From assembly GCA_965203965.1 (NCBI GenBank), contig CBDBDR010000017.1:768001-832000 (forward strand): a DNA stretch of 64,000 bases, given 5' to 3'. Made by a program: the position numbers and the translations under genes. Shown piece by piece: positions 13,349-22,355 of the stretch (positions within the stretch are counted from its first letter, which is position 1; every line of letters begins with the position of its first letter). A model generated the notes under the pieces. The model did not search any database. It saw nothing but the letters and a program-made list of their open reading frames with translations, and was not told where the DNA came from. The stretch is from Thermodesulfobacteriota bacterium (GTDB lineage: Bacteria; Desulfobacterota_D; UBA1144; Nemesobacterales; JAJCZQ01).

Positions 13349-14106
13349 TGAAAGAAACTCTTCTACTTTTCCGGACGGAGTTTTATATATTGGCAAGCGT
13401 GCTAATCATAAGTCTTATATCCCTTGCAGCCATGTTCACACTATTTATAAAAAATAATAAAATATACAACACAATTGCAATCTTAACTATCAGCCTTGCT
13501 GCAGGCGGTCTGCTCGGAGAGGTCTTTATACATATACTGCCCGAGTCAACGGCAGAGCAGGGTATGCTGAAAACAACTTTATTGGTCTTGTTCGGTCTTG
13601 TCGCCTTCTTCATACTAGAGAAATTTCTCCTGTGGAGAAATCTGAAGAATAAAAGTGGTATAAAAACAGTCGGGCAAATGAGTCTCCTTACTTATGGGAT
13701 ACACAACTTTATGGATGGATTTGTTATAGGAGCTGCATATCTGATTAGCATACCTCTGGGTATTGCCACCACCTTAGCCGTTTGCATACACGAAATTCCT
13801 ATGGAAATAGGCGAGGTCGGAATTCTCGTCAAATCTGGTTTTTCCAGAGCACAGGTAATATTATTCAATCTCGCTTCCTCTTCTACCGCAATATTAGGTG
13901 CCCTCTTAGCTATATACATCGGTGTCAGACTGAAAAACACTCCGACCCTGGTATTTACCTTTATGGCAGGGGCATACATCTACATAATAGGATTTGGACT
14001 GTTTCCCCTGTTAAAGAACGAGCTAAGATCATCCCGTGCAACCGGGCATTTTCTGGCTATGGGTATGGGTATCGGCGTAATGCTTTTAATTGCCTGCATG
14101 GAATAA
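13345..14106 (+). CDS. ZIP family metal transporter
   Basis: AGGLLGEVFIHILPE, HNFMDG and HEIPMEIGE metal-site motifs; about 8 hydrophobic segments. Confidence 0.9.
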   Translation: MMKETLLLFRTEFYILASVLIISLISLAAMFTLFIKNNKIYNTIAILTISLAAGGLLGEVFIHILPESTAEQGMLKTTLLVLFGLVAFFILEKFLLWRNLKNKSGIKTVGQMSLLTYGIHNFMDGFVIGAAYLISIPLGIATTLAVCIHEIPMEIGEVGILVKSGFSRAQVILFNLASSSTAILGALLAIYIGVRLKNTPTLVFTFMAGAYIYIIGFGLFPLLKNELRSSRATGHFLAMGMGIGVMLLIACME

Positions 14107-14175
14107 CTATTATGACAAATAAAAATTCAACTCGCACTAATCTTACAAAACTACATTTTTAAAGGAGAGTAAAAA

Positions 14176-15564
14176 GTGTTGATACGACATTTTTTCTTGT
14201 ATTTTTTGATATTCGGATTCGGCTTTTTATTGTCCCCTGATTTTATCCCGAGTTCTTTCGCTAGTACTGATCAGATAGAGGTACTGAAAAGAAAGATGAA
14301 GCAGATGGAAAAAAACATGGAGATAATGAACAAAAAAATTGCCGAATTGGAAGAGCAAAACAGTTTATTGGAGCAGTTAAAGGACACGCAAGAGTTCCCA
14401 ATAGCCAAGGAAATCCAGCCTGAAGGACAAACTTTTTTAAGTAGAACCTTCCAGTCCCTAAACCCTGACATAAGTGTTACGGGAATTTTCGCCGGTTCAT
14501 GGTATTCGGAGGATTCACCGGAAGGACTTGCAGAAGTAGATCCGGCGGATACAGGAATAAACCTGCAAGAGATCGAATTGGGTTTCCAGTCCGTGGTTGA
14601 CCCATACTTCAGATTTGACAACTTTATCTCCTTTGGAGAGCACATAGAGTTGGAAGAAGCCTATGCCACAACTCTTGGGTCTCTGCCCATCAATTCACAG
14701 TTCAGAATTGGTATAATGAGAAGCAAATTCGGAAGGATCAATTTACTGCATCGTCATAATCAGAATTTTACCACCCTCCCACTTCCGGTCGCAGAGTTTC
14801 TCGGCGAGCATTTTAACCCACCTTCTATAGAAGCTAATTTCCTTGTTCCTCTGCCCTGGCATACCGAGTTGAGCGCATCCGTGGGCATACCAGACGTTGA
14901 AACTTCATCTTTTGCAAAGGATGAAGATACAAATAATCTTGGAAGGCTACTTTACAATTTGCATCTATCAAATTTCTTTGAAATTGGAGAATCCCTTGGT
15001 ATTTCAATCGGACGATCTTTTGCCACGGGACCCAACAACACGGAACCCGGCAAGGGCAACCGAACAAATCTCTATGGTGCGGATATTTTTATTAAATATA
15101 AACCAACGAGATCCAACCTATACAGGGAGCTTAATCTTCAGTCTGAATTTATTTACAGAGATGCTGAAACTGATGAAGGTAAACGTAAGGACTGGGGACT
15201 TTACGCACAGTTGGTTTACAGGTTTGCAAAAAGATGGAACATAGGTGGAAGGTATGAACTGACCAATACCGATGATCCGATTATGATGGCAATGACACAA
15301 GAACCTGATGATCATGAGGCAGAACCTGACGATCATGAAGCAGAACTTGACGACCATGAAGGAGAATCTCACGTTCATGAGGGAGAACTTGGACTACTCG
15401 GAAAACAGCAAAGGATCTCTTCAATGCTGACGTTCAACCCAACGGAATTTTCAAAAATACGTCTTGAATATAACTATCTGAACCGGGATTTTGATGAAAA
15501 TCGGCACGGGATATTTCTTCAGTTCCAACATACCATAGGTGCACACGCTGCACATCCTTATTAA
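14176..15564 (+). CDS. Putative outer-membrane beta-barrel metal-uptake protein with N-terminal coiled coil and His/acid-rich loop
   Basis: Signal peptide, coiled coil (IEVLKRKMKQMEKN...), NPDISV, LQEIEL...VDPYF, amphipathic strands, a TEFSKIRLEY motif and C-terminal GAHAAHPY; sits inside the metal operon. Confidence 0.7.
   Translation: MLIRHFFLYFLIFGFGFLLSPDFIPSSFASTDQIEVLKRKMKQMEKNMEIMNKKIAELEEQNSLLEQLKDTQEFPIAKEIQPEGQTFLSRTFQSLNPDISVTGIFAGSWYSEDSPEGLAEVDPADTGINLQEIELGFQSVVDPYFRFDNFISFGEHIELEEAYATTLGSLPINSQFRIGIMRSKFGRINLLHRHNQNFTTLPLPVAEFLGEHFNPPSIEANFLVPLPWHTELSASVGIPDVETSSFAKDEDTNNLGRLLYNLHLSNFFEIGESLGISIGRSFATGPNNTEPGKGNRTNLYGADIFIKYKPTRSNLYRELNLQSEFIYRDAETDEGKRKDWGLYAQLVYRFAKRWNIGGRYELTNTDDPIMMAMTQEPDDHEAEPDDHEAELDDHEGESHVHEGELGLLGKQQRISSMLTFNPTEFSKIRLEYNYLNRDFDENRHGIFLQFQHTIGAHAAHPY
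15301..15384 (+). repeat. 21-bp tandem repeat x4 (EPDDHEA-type heptads) within the OM protein gene
   Basis: Units gaacctgatgatcatgaggca / gaacctgacgatcatgaagca / gaacttgacgaccatgaagga / gaatctcacgttcatgaggga. Confidence 0.85.
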
Positions 15565-15598
15565 TTAGTAAAACTTAAACAAAACATGGGAGATAAAC

Positions 15599-16534
15599 AT
15601 GAATAGGATCAAATTTAGAATAATAACAGTGACCTTAAGCCTCTTTGCCTTTATTTTCATTCCCAGTAATTATGCTTTTGCAAAGATAAACATAGTTACC
15701 TCAGTTCCAAACCTTGCTTCAATAGCAAAGGAAATAGGCAAGAATCAAGTAAAGGTAAAAAGTATTGCAAGAGGTTACCAGAACCCTCATTACGTTGACG
15801 CAAAACCAAGCTACGTTTTGGATCTGAATAGGGCGGATCTGCTGGTTTATATTGGACTCGACCTTGAAGTCGGATGGCTACCACGTCTGGTAACTGGTGC
15901 AAGAAACTCAAAGATCAACAAGGGTTCAAATGGTGACCTTGATGCTTCCACCCTTATACCATTACCGCTTGAAGTTTTGCAGAATAAGGTTGATAGATCA
16001 ATGGGTGATATACACCCCAGTGGAAACCCACATTTTCTTCTGGATCCCAGAAATGCAATTATTGTAGCAAGAGGGATAACGGAAAAACTTGTAAATATAG
16101 ACCCCGAAAACAGTGCAAAATACAGATCAAATCTGGCTGATTTCACAAGCAGGCTGGAGAACAAAATCACGAAATGGGAATCTATGCTTGCTCCTCATAA
16201 AGGCACAAAATTTTTCACCTATCATAAGTTGTGGACATATTTTTTAAAGTGGGCTGGCTTTGAGGAAATTGGAACCATTGAACAAAAACCTGGAATTGGA
16301 CCTTCTCCCCGACACCTGAGAAACATTATAAATATTGGTAAGTCATCCGATGTCCGACTTGTTATAGCCTCCAACTACCACGCAGATAAAACCGGGAAAG
16401 CAATAGCAAAAGCAGTCGGCGTCCAATTTCTATCTCTACCCGTTCAAGTTGGCGGAGAAAAAAACGTAAAAACCTACACGGATCTAATTGATCTTGTAGT
16501 AAGTAGAATCACGTCAAATTTACAAAATGAATGA
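15599..16534 (+). CDS. Metal ABC transporter substrate-binding protein (cluster A-I, ZnuA/TroA-like)
   Basis: Signal peptide; His motifs QNPHY, GNPHFLLDP and TYHKLW; KPGIGPSPRHL. Confidence 0.9.
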   Translation: MNRIKFRIITVTLSLFAFIFIPSNYAFAKINIVTSVPNLASIAKEIGKNQVKVKSIARGYQNPHYVDAKPSYVLDLNRADLLVYIGLDLEVGWLPRLVTGARNSKINKGSNGDLDASTLIPLPLEVLQNKVDRSMGDIHPSGNPHFLLDPRNAIIVARGITEKLVNIDPENSAKYRSNLADFTSRLENKITKWESMLAPHKGTKFFTYHKLWTYFLKWAGFEEIGTIEQKPGIGPSPRHLRNIINIGKSSDVRLVIASNYHADKTGKAIAKAVGVQFLSLPVQVGGEKNVKTYTDLIDLVVSRITSNLQNE

Positions 16535-17213
16535 GATTATCAGGCTTGAAAATGCGTCCATAGGCTACAACAAGGTGTCAGTCATAGATGGTATTGACCT
16601 CTCTATATCAAGAAGTGAATCTTGGGGAATTATCGGACCAAATGGGGGAGGAAAGACAACTCTTCTTAAAACACTGATCGGACTGCAAAAAGTGATTAAG
16701 GGAGTGTATTCAACTCAGAACAATATAAGTTTCGGATACGTTCCTCAAAAAGAAAGTTTTGACCGTATATACCCCATCTCAGTCGCGGAAGTCGTTTCAA
16801 TGGGCAGATACCTGCATACACCTTTTGGAAAAAGAATCAAAAAACGTGATTGGCAAATAATAGGAGAAAGCATTGATAAATTGGGAATTTCACATCTGAA
16901 AGAAAAAAACTTTGGCTCCCTTTCCGGAGGAGAAATACAGAAAACACTCATTGCTCGCGCCATCGCCGGGGAGCCTAACGTGCTTGTTCTGGATGAACCC
17001 ACCGCATCAGTTGACAGCAACGGAGAGGTTGCAATTATGTCATTGATAAAAAAAATAAAAAAGGAAAATAAACTTACTGTTATCATGGTAAGTCACCATA
17101 GTGAACTTGCAAAAAACCTTATTGAAAAGTTTTTCTTTGTAAACAAAGATAAAAATCTGTGCGAAATATACGACAGCGATAGTGATAAGGAAATCAATGA
17201 CAATTTAAAGTAA
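16527..17213 (+). CDS. Metal ABC transporter ATP-binding protein (ZnuC-like)
   Basis: GPNGGGKTT, GYVPQ, LSGGE and LVLDEPT. Confidence 0.92.
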   Translation: MNEIIRLENASIGYNKVSVIDGIDLSISRSESWGIIGPNGGGKTTLLKTLIGLQKVIKGVYSTQNNISFGYVPQKESFDRIYPISVAEVVSMGRYLHTPFGKRIKKRDWQIIGESIDKLGISHLKEKNFGSLSGGEIQKTLIARAIAGEPNVLVLDEPTASVDSNGEVAIMSLIKKIKKENKLTVIMVSHHSELAKNLIEKFFFVNKDKNLCEIYDSDSDKEINDNLK

Positions 17214-17229
17214 GGAATTATGAATTACC

Positions 17230-18081
17230 ATGATGACCATTATGATTGAACTTGTTGACGGCTATTTTCTCTGGCGAGATCCAGTGATCGTTGCTGCAGT
17301 TTGCGGCGCGGTTTGCGGTTTATTCGGAGTTCACATAGTTCTTAAACGCATGGTCTTTATAAGTGCCGCTCTGACGCAAGTATCCAGTTGCGGTGTGGTA
17401 ATGGTGTTTTTCCTCCAATCACTGTTTGTAAATAATCTGGTCGATTTTTTGGATCCGTTTCAATTCTCTATCTTGATTACAGTCCTTGTAGCATTTTTAT
17501 TCTCATTGAAAAGAAATTTTCACCCCGTATCAATGGAAGGCATAACAGGATTTACGTTTCTGATTTTTTCCTCTCTGGTCATTATTCTTTCCGATAAAAT
17601 AGCTCAGGGTAGCCACGAGATTAATAACATCCTTTTTGGCAGTGCAGTTACCGTTTACCCGTCGGAAGTTATACTTATCCCGTTACTTTCTGGCATGGGA
17701 CTTATCATAAGTATTGTCTTCTTTAAGGATTTTATTTTTGTTTCTTATGACCCCGAAACAGCAAAACTGTATAAATACCCCGTCAAGGCTATCAATTTAA
17801 TTTTGTTTACAACACTTGCAGTTATCCTTGCAGTTTCTACAAGGGCACTCGGATCCATTACGGTATTTTCACTGCTCATTCTCCCCGCACTCTCAGCTTT
17901 GTATTTAAGTAGAAGCATAAAAAACATTTTTTTCATTTCTTCAATTCTTGGCTCACTTTCAGCAGTGTTTGGATATTTTTTCTCCTATATTTTTTCTTTA
18001 CCTACCGGAGCCACAATGACTTTCACCGCTTCAATTGTTCTCATTATTTCTTTTTTCATAAACTGGGTTAAAAGGAGCTAA
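17230..18081 (+). CDS. Metal ABC transporter permease (ZnuB/ABC-3 family)
   Basis: GVHIVLKRMVF, ILFGS, SYDPETA and LPTGA motifs; highly hydrophobic. Confidence 0.9.
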   Translation: MMTIMIELVDGYFLWRDPVIVAAVCGAVCGLFGVHIVLKRMVFISAALTQVSSCGVVMVFFLQSLFVNNLVDFLDPFQFSILITVLVAFLFSLKRNFHPVSMEGITGFTFLIFSSLVIILSDKIAQGSHEINNILFGSAVTVYPSEVILIPLLSGMGLIISIVFFKDFIFVSYDPETAKLYKYPVKAINLILFTTLAVILAVSTRALGSITVFSLLILPALSALYLSRSIKNIFFISSILGSLSAVFGYFFSYIFSLPTGATMTFTASIVLIISFFINWVKRS

Positions 18082-18083
18082 CC

Positions 18084-18206
18084 GTGAAAAGCCAGCCGCT
18101 TTTGAAAGTTGAGAACCTAACAAGTTCATTCACCTCACCCGGTGATGCTCATCCCAACTATGCTTGGAACAATAGCAGGATTAACACCTGCCAGAAAGTT
18201 ATATAA
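18084..18206 (+). pseudogene. N-terminal remnant of an OppD/DppD-like ABC ATPase
   Basis: A GTG 2 nt after the permease stop gives MKSQPLLKVENLTSSFTSPG, the typical OppD/DppD start, followed by unrelated sequence and a stop after 40 aa. No Walker A. Confidence 0.5.
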
Positions 18207-18269
18207 GACAGAGGTTGCACGCAACTTACCCCCTTTACCTTAGAAAAACAATCGTCTATAATTCCAACT

Positions 18270-19100
18270 ATGGAAAATATAGATATAGAAAAGGTCGGAA
18301 AAACAGCATTTGTAGTTGCCTGCCTTCGGACAATTGGGAAAAAGCATAAGAATAGATTATTCAATGATCCTTATGCTGAATGGTTCATAAACGACAAGAT
18401 GAAATCAACGGTGCAACAACTTCAGATCATTTTCCCGGAGAGCAGTGATACGGCTCGCTGCCGTTTTTATAAACTGAATGAGATTGTTGAGAAGGAGATT
18501 AATGGCGGTGTGACTCAAATTGTTATATTGGGATCAGGCTTTGACATGAGGTCGCAAATATTTGCCACCGAAGGCGTTAATTTCTATGAAGTTGATCAGC
18601 CTGCCGTACTGCAATTCAAGCATGAGATTCTCAAAAACCACGGTGTCACCCCTTGTGCATCAGTACCTTGCAATTATTTGGAGGTCAACCTACCTGAAAA
18701 ACTTGCCGAAATCGGTCTTGACATCAACACACATACTCTATTTGTCTGGGAAGGCAATTCCATGTATCTGCCTGCTGATCTGTTGTATGATCTATTAAAC
18801 CGGTTGCACCATCAAATTCCATCTTTCACGATCATATTTGATTACTTCTCCGATAAATTCGTCAATCGCACGTCTGGCAACAAAAAATTAGAAAATTTGG
18901 CAGACCTATTTGAGCAAAGGCTTGGTGTCAAATGGGCAACGGGCTTTGACAACTCTGAGGTGTTTGAGAAAAAAACCGGACTCAAGATAGTTGAGTCTGG
19001 AGACATAATAGACACCTGTAAACACTTTTATCCAGAATTTCCAACTTCCCTATCCAACGACATGGGAATTTGGTTTTACTGTATCCTCAAAACGCCCTGA
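18270..19100 (+). CDS. SAM-dependent methyltransferase, leucine carboxyl methyltransferase (LCM)-like family
   Basis: TAFVVACLR, LFNDPYAEWF, QIVILGSGFDMR, FYEVDQP and WEGNSMYL. Confidence 0.88.
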   Translation: MENIDIEKVGKTAFVVACLRTIGKKHKNRLFNDPYAEWFINDKMKSTVQQLQIIFPESSDTARCRFYKLNEIVEKEINGGVTQIVILGSGFDMRSQIFATEGVNFYEVDQPAVLQFKHEILKNHGVTPCASVPCNYLEVNLPEKLAEIGLDINTHTLFVWEGNSMYLPADLLYDLLNRLHHQIPSFTIIFDYFSDKFVNRTSGNKKLENLADLFEQRLGVKWATGFDNSEVFEKKTGLKIVESGDIIDTCKHFYPEFPTSLSNDMGIWFYCILKTP

Positions 19101-19397
19101 TTTTGTTTTATGATAAAAAGATTATTGATTAAAAACATTTGGCTCAAAACAAATAGCTAAAGTGTTAGTAGTTTTATCACTGGGATTTCTTTTTATGCTC
19201 GGAGTTAGTTACAATCCCAAAATCTACTATGATTATTCTCAGGCAGGTTTTCTGTAGAAGACAACAACCTTGTTGGAAGTCTCTATTCCATGAAAGCATT
19301 CAAGGTGAAAAAAGCTAACAATTTATAATTGGTGCTTGAATTATCTTTATAATTTGGGATAGTATGAGACTTGTTTTATTATTTTAGGGGGTTTGAA

Positions 19398-19559
19398 ATG
19401 GGAAAATCAGACAGCAGAGTGTTAATAAAATTAAAAAGCACTGAAAGTCCTTATATTTACTACACTAAAAAGAACAAGAAAAATACTGAGAACAGGCTGG
19501 AACTGAAAAAATACGACCCCGTTGTCAGAAAGCACGTACTTTTTAAGGAATCTAAGTAA
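19398..19559 (+). CDS. rpmG: 50S ribosomal protein L33 (cysteine-free form)
   Basis: RVLIKLKSTE..YYTKKNKKNTENRLELKKYDPVVRKHVLFKE; ATG 19398 follows an AGGGGG RBS. Confidence 0.96.
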   Translation: MGKSDSRVLIKLKSTESPYIYYTKKNKKNTENRLELKKYDPVVRKHVLFKESK

Positions 19560-19573
19560 TATGGAGAACTGAA

Positions 19574-19816
19574 ATGGCAAAAAAGTGTGACTTAACAGGA
19601 AAAAAACCTCTTGTAGGAAACCATGTTTCACATGCTAACAACAAAGTTAAACGGCGCCAGTATCCGAATTTACACACAAAGAGATTTTACATTCCTGAAA
19701 TTGGCAAAACCGTCAAATTAAAACTATCAAACCGCGCATTAAGGACCATCAACAAAAAAGGTCTTCTAAATTTCATAAACGATAAGGGTATAAGTTTAAA
19801 GAGCATTACCAGATAA
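19574..19816 (+). CDS. rpmB: 50S ribosomal protein L28
   Basis: MAKKCDLTGKKPLVGNHVSHANNKVKRRQYPNL; GGAG RBS. Confidence 0.96.
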   Translation: MAKKCDLTGKKPLVGNHVSHANNKVKRRQYPNLHTKRFYIPEIGKTVKLKLSNRALRTINKKGLLNFINDKGISLKSITR

Positions 19817-19940
19817 TAGAGTGAACAACAAGAAAACAACGACCACTGTTTCCCAGATGATTAATTCTTCAGAAAACCAAACCGACTGCTACATAGCTGG
19901 TCTATGCCAATAATGACTGATAGATAAACCCCGACTGTTT

Positions 19941-20819
19941 CTAACTCAACAGATAAGCAAGAACCAGTGGAACTGCAAGCATAGAAAGAACAGTTCCAGC
20001 CATAATTATTGACGCAACTGTCTTGGAATCTTTGTCATATTTTTCAGCCAATATGAAATTAAATACCGCCGGTGGCATTGAAGACTGAAGTATCATCACA
20101 CTGGCTACAATTCCTTCAAGTTGAAATACCTTAACAAATACAACCCCCAAGCAAAAACCCAGTAAAATTCTCAGCCCTCCGAATAGAAAAGAAGTCATTA
20201 CCGTTGTTATTTGGAGTTCTGACAGTTTATAGCCAAGTGCAAAAATCATTGCAGGAACGCTAATATCAGCCAAAAGGTCAACAGCCCTCGCAACGGGTGA
20301 CGGCATATTGTATTCAGAAATGCTGATTAACAATCCAATAACTACGGAATAGATTAGAGGGAGTCTGAATATCTCCAAAGGGTTTTTACGAGGATTCAGT
20401 ATTACTATTCCCACGGAATAGTGAAAAACAGTGATTGCTACAAAACATATAATTGCAATGTTAAAGCCAGTTTGTCCAAAGGCAAAAAAAGCAAGAGGTA
20501 AACCCATGCTTCCGGTGTTGCCAAACAGTATCGGTGGTATATAAACTTCATAAGACAGTTTTAACAACCTTACAATCAAAAGTCCTAAGATCATTGAAAC
20601 TACAAGGACTGCACCTGCTGTTAAAAATATTTTCCCCGCTATAGTCAGATCAATTGGAAACTTGGAAAGTGAAGAAACCACAAGGCATGGAGTAGTTACA
20701 TAGACAATAAGATCATTGACGGACTTCAGATCTATTTTTTTACACTTACTAAAAAAATAACCTGTGAGTATTACTAGAAAAATAGGTAATACGATATTAA
20801 AAATTTCGGTTAGAATCAA
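19941..20819 (-). CDS. AEC (auxin efflux carrier/malate permease) family transporter
   Basis: IVLPIF, FGNTGSMGLPL and SSMPPAV motifs; probable TTG start at 20819 behind GGAG. Confidence 0.88.
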   Translation of the reverse strand: MILTEIFNIVLPIFLVILTGYFFSKCKKIDLKSVNDLIVYVTTPCLVVSSLSKFPIDLTIAGKIFLTAGAVLVVSMILGLLIVRLLKLSYEVYIPPILFGNTGSMGLPLAFFAFGQTGFNIAIICFVAITVFHYSVGIVILNPRKNPLEIFRLPLIYSVVIGLLISISEYNMPSPVARAVDLLADISVPAMIFALGYKLSELQITTVMTSFLFGGLRILLGFCLGVVFVKVFQLEGIVASVMILQSSMPPAVFNFILAEKYDKDSKTVASIIMAGTVLSMLAVPLVLAYLLS

Positions 20820-20877
20820 AGATTTCTCCGTTCTGTAAAAATTTTGACCTGTAACCGATTCAGTATAGAAAAGATTG

Positions 20878-21855
20878 CTACAATCTAAACAAAGTTGCAC
20901 CCCATGTAAACCCTGCACCAAACGTTGACGTTAACACAATGTCACCTTTGGAAACTCTGCCGGACTGGACAACCTCATCAAGTGCAATGGGAACCGAAGC
21001 AGAGGACGTGTTGCCGTATTTGTGCAGATTCACGTATACCTTATCTTCTGTCATATCCAGCCTTTTTCTCACTGCATCAATTATCCTTATATTAGCTTGA
21101 TGGGGAATAAACAGGTCAACATCTCTGCAGGACATTTTTGCCTTCTCCATGGCTTCAATTGAGGCAGTTTCGAGTGATTTTACTGCCACTTTAAACACAT
21201 CTTTTCCGTTCATTTTCAAAAAGTGGTCGCGGTTCCTAACACTTTCTTCGGTTGCAGGTATTCTTGAACCACCCCCAGGCATATACAAAAACTCCCAGTT
21301 GTTTCCATCTGAGTTAAGACACGAAGACAAGATGCCCGGTTCATCCGATTGTGATAAAACTACCGCTCCCGCACCATCACCAAATAAAATGCAGGTGGTT
21401 CTATCTTCATAATCTATGATCCTTGATAAAACCTCCGCACCCACTATCAGGAGCTTATTAAATTGACCGGAGCATATCATCCCATTTCCAACGTGCAGCG
21501 CATATAAGAAACCGGAACATCCTGCGAGCAGATCAAACGCCATAATATTTTCGCAGCCAAGTTTACTTTGCAGTATGCATGCAGTTGAAGGAAAAATGAA
21601 GTCGGGTGAAATTGTTCCAAGTATTATGCCGTCCAGTTCAGACGCGCACACACCGGCGCTTTCTAAAGCCTTCACGGATGCCTCATAAGCTATATCGGAC
21701 GTATAAACACCTTTATCCACTATTCGTCTCTGCTTTATACCGGTTCTTGTCGTTATCCACTCATCTGAAGTATCAATCATATTTTCAAGATGGTGGTTGG
21801 AAAGAATCCTCTCCGGCGCACTGGAACCTGTCCCTATTATTTTCGCATATTTCAA
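20878..21855 (-). CDS. fabH: 3-oxoacyl-ACP synthase III
   Basis: DTSDEWITTRTGI, AGCSGF (catalytic Cys), LFGDGAGA, PHQAN and GNTSSAS. Confidence 0.96.
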   Translation of the reverse strand: MKYAKIIGTGSSAPERILSNHHLENMIDTSDEWITTRTGIKQRRIVDKGVYTSDIAYEASVKALESAGVCASELDGIILGTISPDFIFPSTACILQSKLGCENIMAFDLLAGCSGFLYALHVGNGMICSGQFNKLLIVGAEVLSRIIDYEDRTTCILFGDGAGAVVLSQSDEPGILSSCLNSDGNNWEFLYMPGGGSRIPATEESVRNRDHFLKMNGKDVFKVAVKSLETASIEAMEKAKMSCRDVDLFIPHQANIRIIDAVRKRLDMTEDKVYVNLHKYGNTSSASVPIALDEVVQSGRVSKGDIVLTSTFGAGFTWGATLFRL

Positions 21856-21917
21856 GTTTTAACAACCTTTAGATATTCTTTGTTTATTATTCTAACCTGA
21901 CGATTTAATGTCAAATT

Positions 21918-22355
21918 TTATAAATTTTTTAAGCAATTTCTCAATTGATCAATTTCTAATTCCTCAACCTCCATTCTTATACATCTTCTGTACGTATCGG
22001 TTAAAAAGTATAATCCCGTATGAGGTCTATCAATAATTGATTGCAAAATGTTTAATTCATGCTCCGAATCAGAGTTGAAAAAATAACCATATTTAACCGA
22101 TAAACCACAAACTGTTTTTAATCTAAGTTCGACATTTATTGTCGGAAATTCTGGTCTGCTAATTCTTTTAAAATTTAACAATGCAGACCGCAATCCACTC
22201 AACCTTTCTACCATTTTCCCGGAATCTTTTATTATAAAAGCAATTGAACTCTCAACTTTGGCAACAACCAAACCGGATTCAATTACCGATAGCTCTATCT
22301 CCAACTCATTTGAAATATCATAATTTTCTGATCTTGCTGGTGATATAATTTTCAT
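21918..22355 (-). CDS. Hypothetical protein (~145 aa)
   Basis: Open frame with globular-like composition from ATG 22355. The upstream extension to 22514 is AT-rich and looks non-coding. Confidence 0.6.
   Translation of the reverse strand: MKIISPARSENYDISNELEIELSVIESGLVVAKVESSIAFIIKDSGKMVERLSGLRSALLNFKRISRPEFPTINVELRLKTVCGLSVKYGYFFNSDSEHELNILQSIIDRPHTGLYFLTDTYRRCIRMEVEELEIDQLRNCLKNL

Noticed and set aside
14176..15564. Classical TonB-dependent receptor
   Set aside because: The protein is too short for a plug plus 22-strand barrel, and its N-terminus is a coiled coil rather than a TonB box and plug.
20820..20921. N-terminal extensions given by the ORF track (AEC, glyQ, Fur-family regulator, rpmG, murD, ftsW, murC, murB, ORF 21918-22514)
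   Set aside because: The extensions overlap upstream genes or promoters; downstream starts fit RBS positions and family N-termini better.
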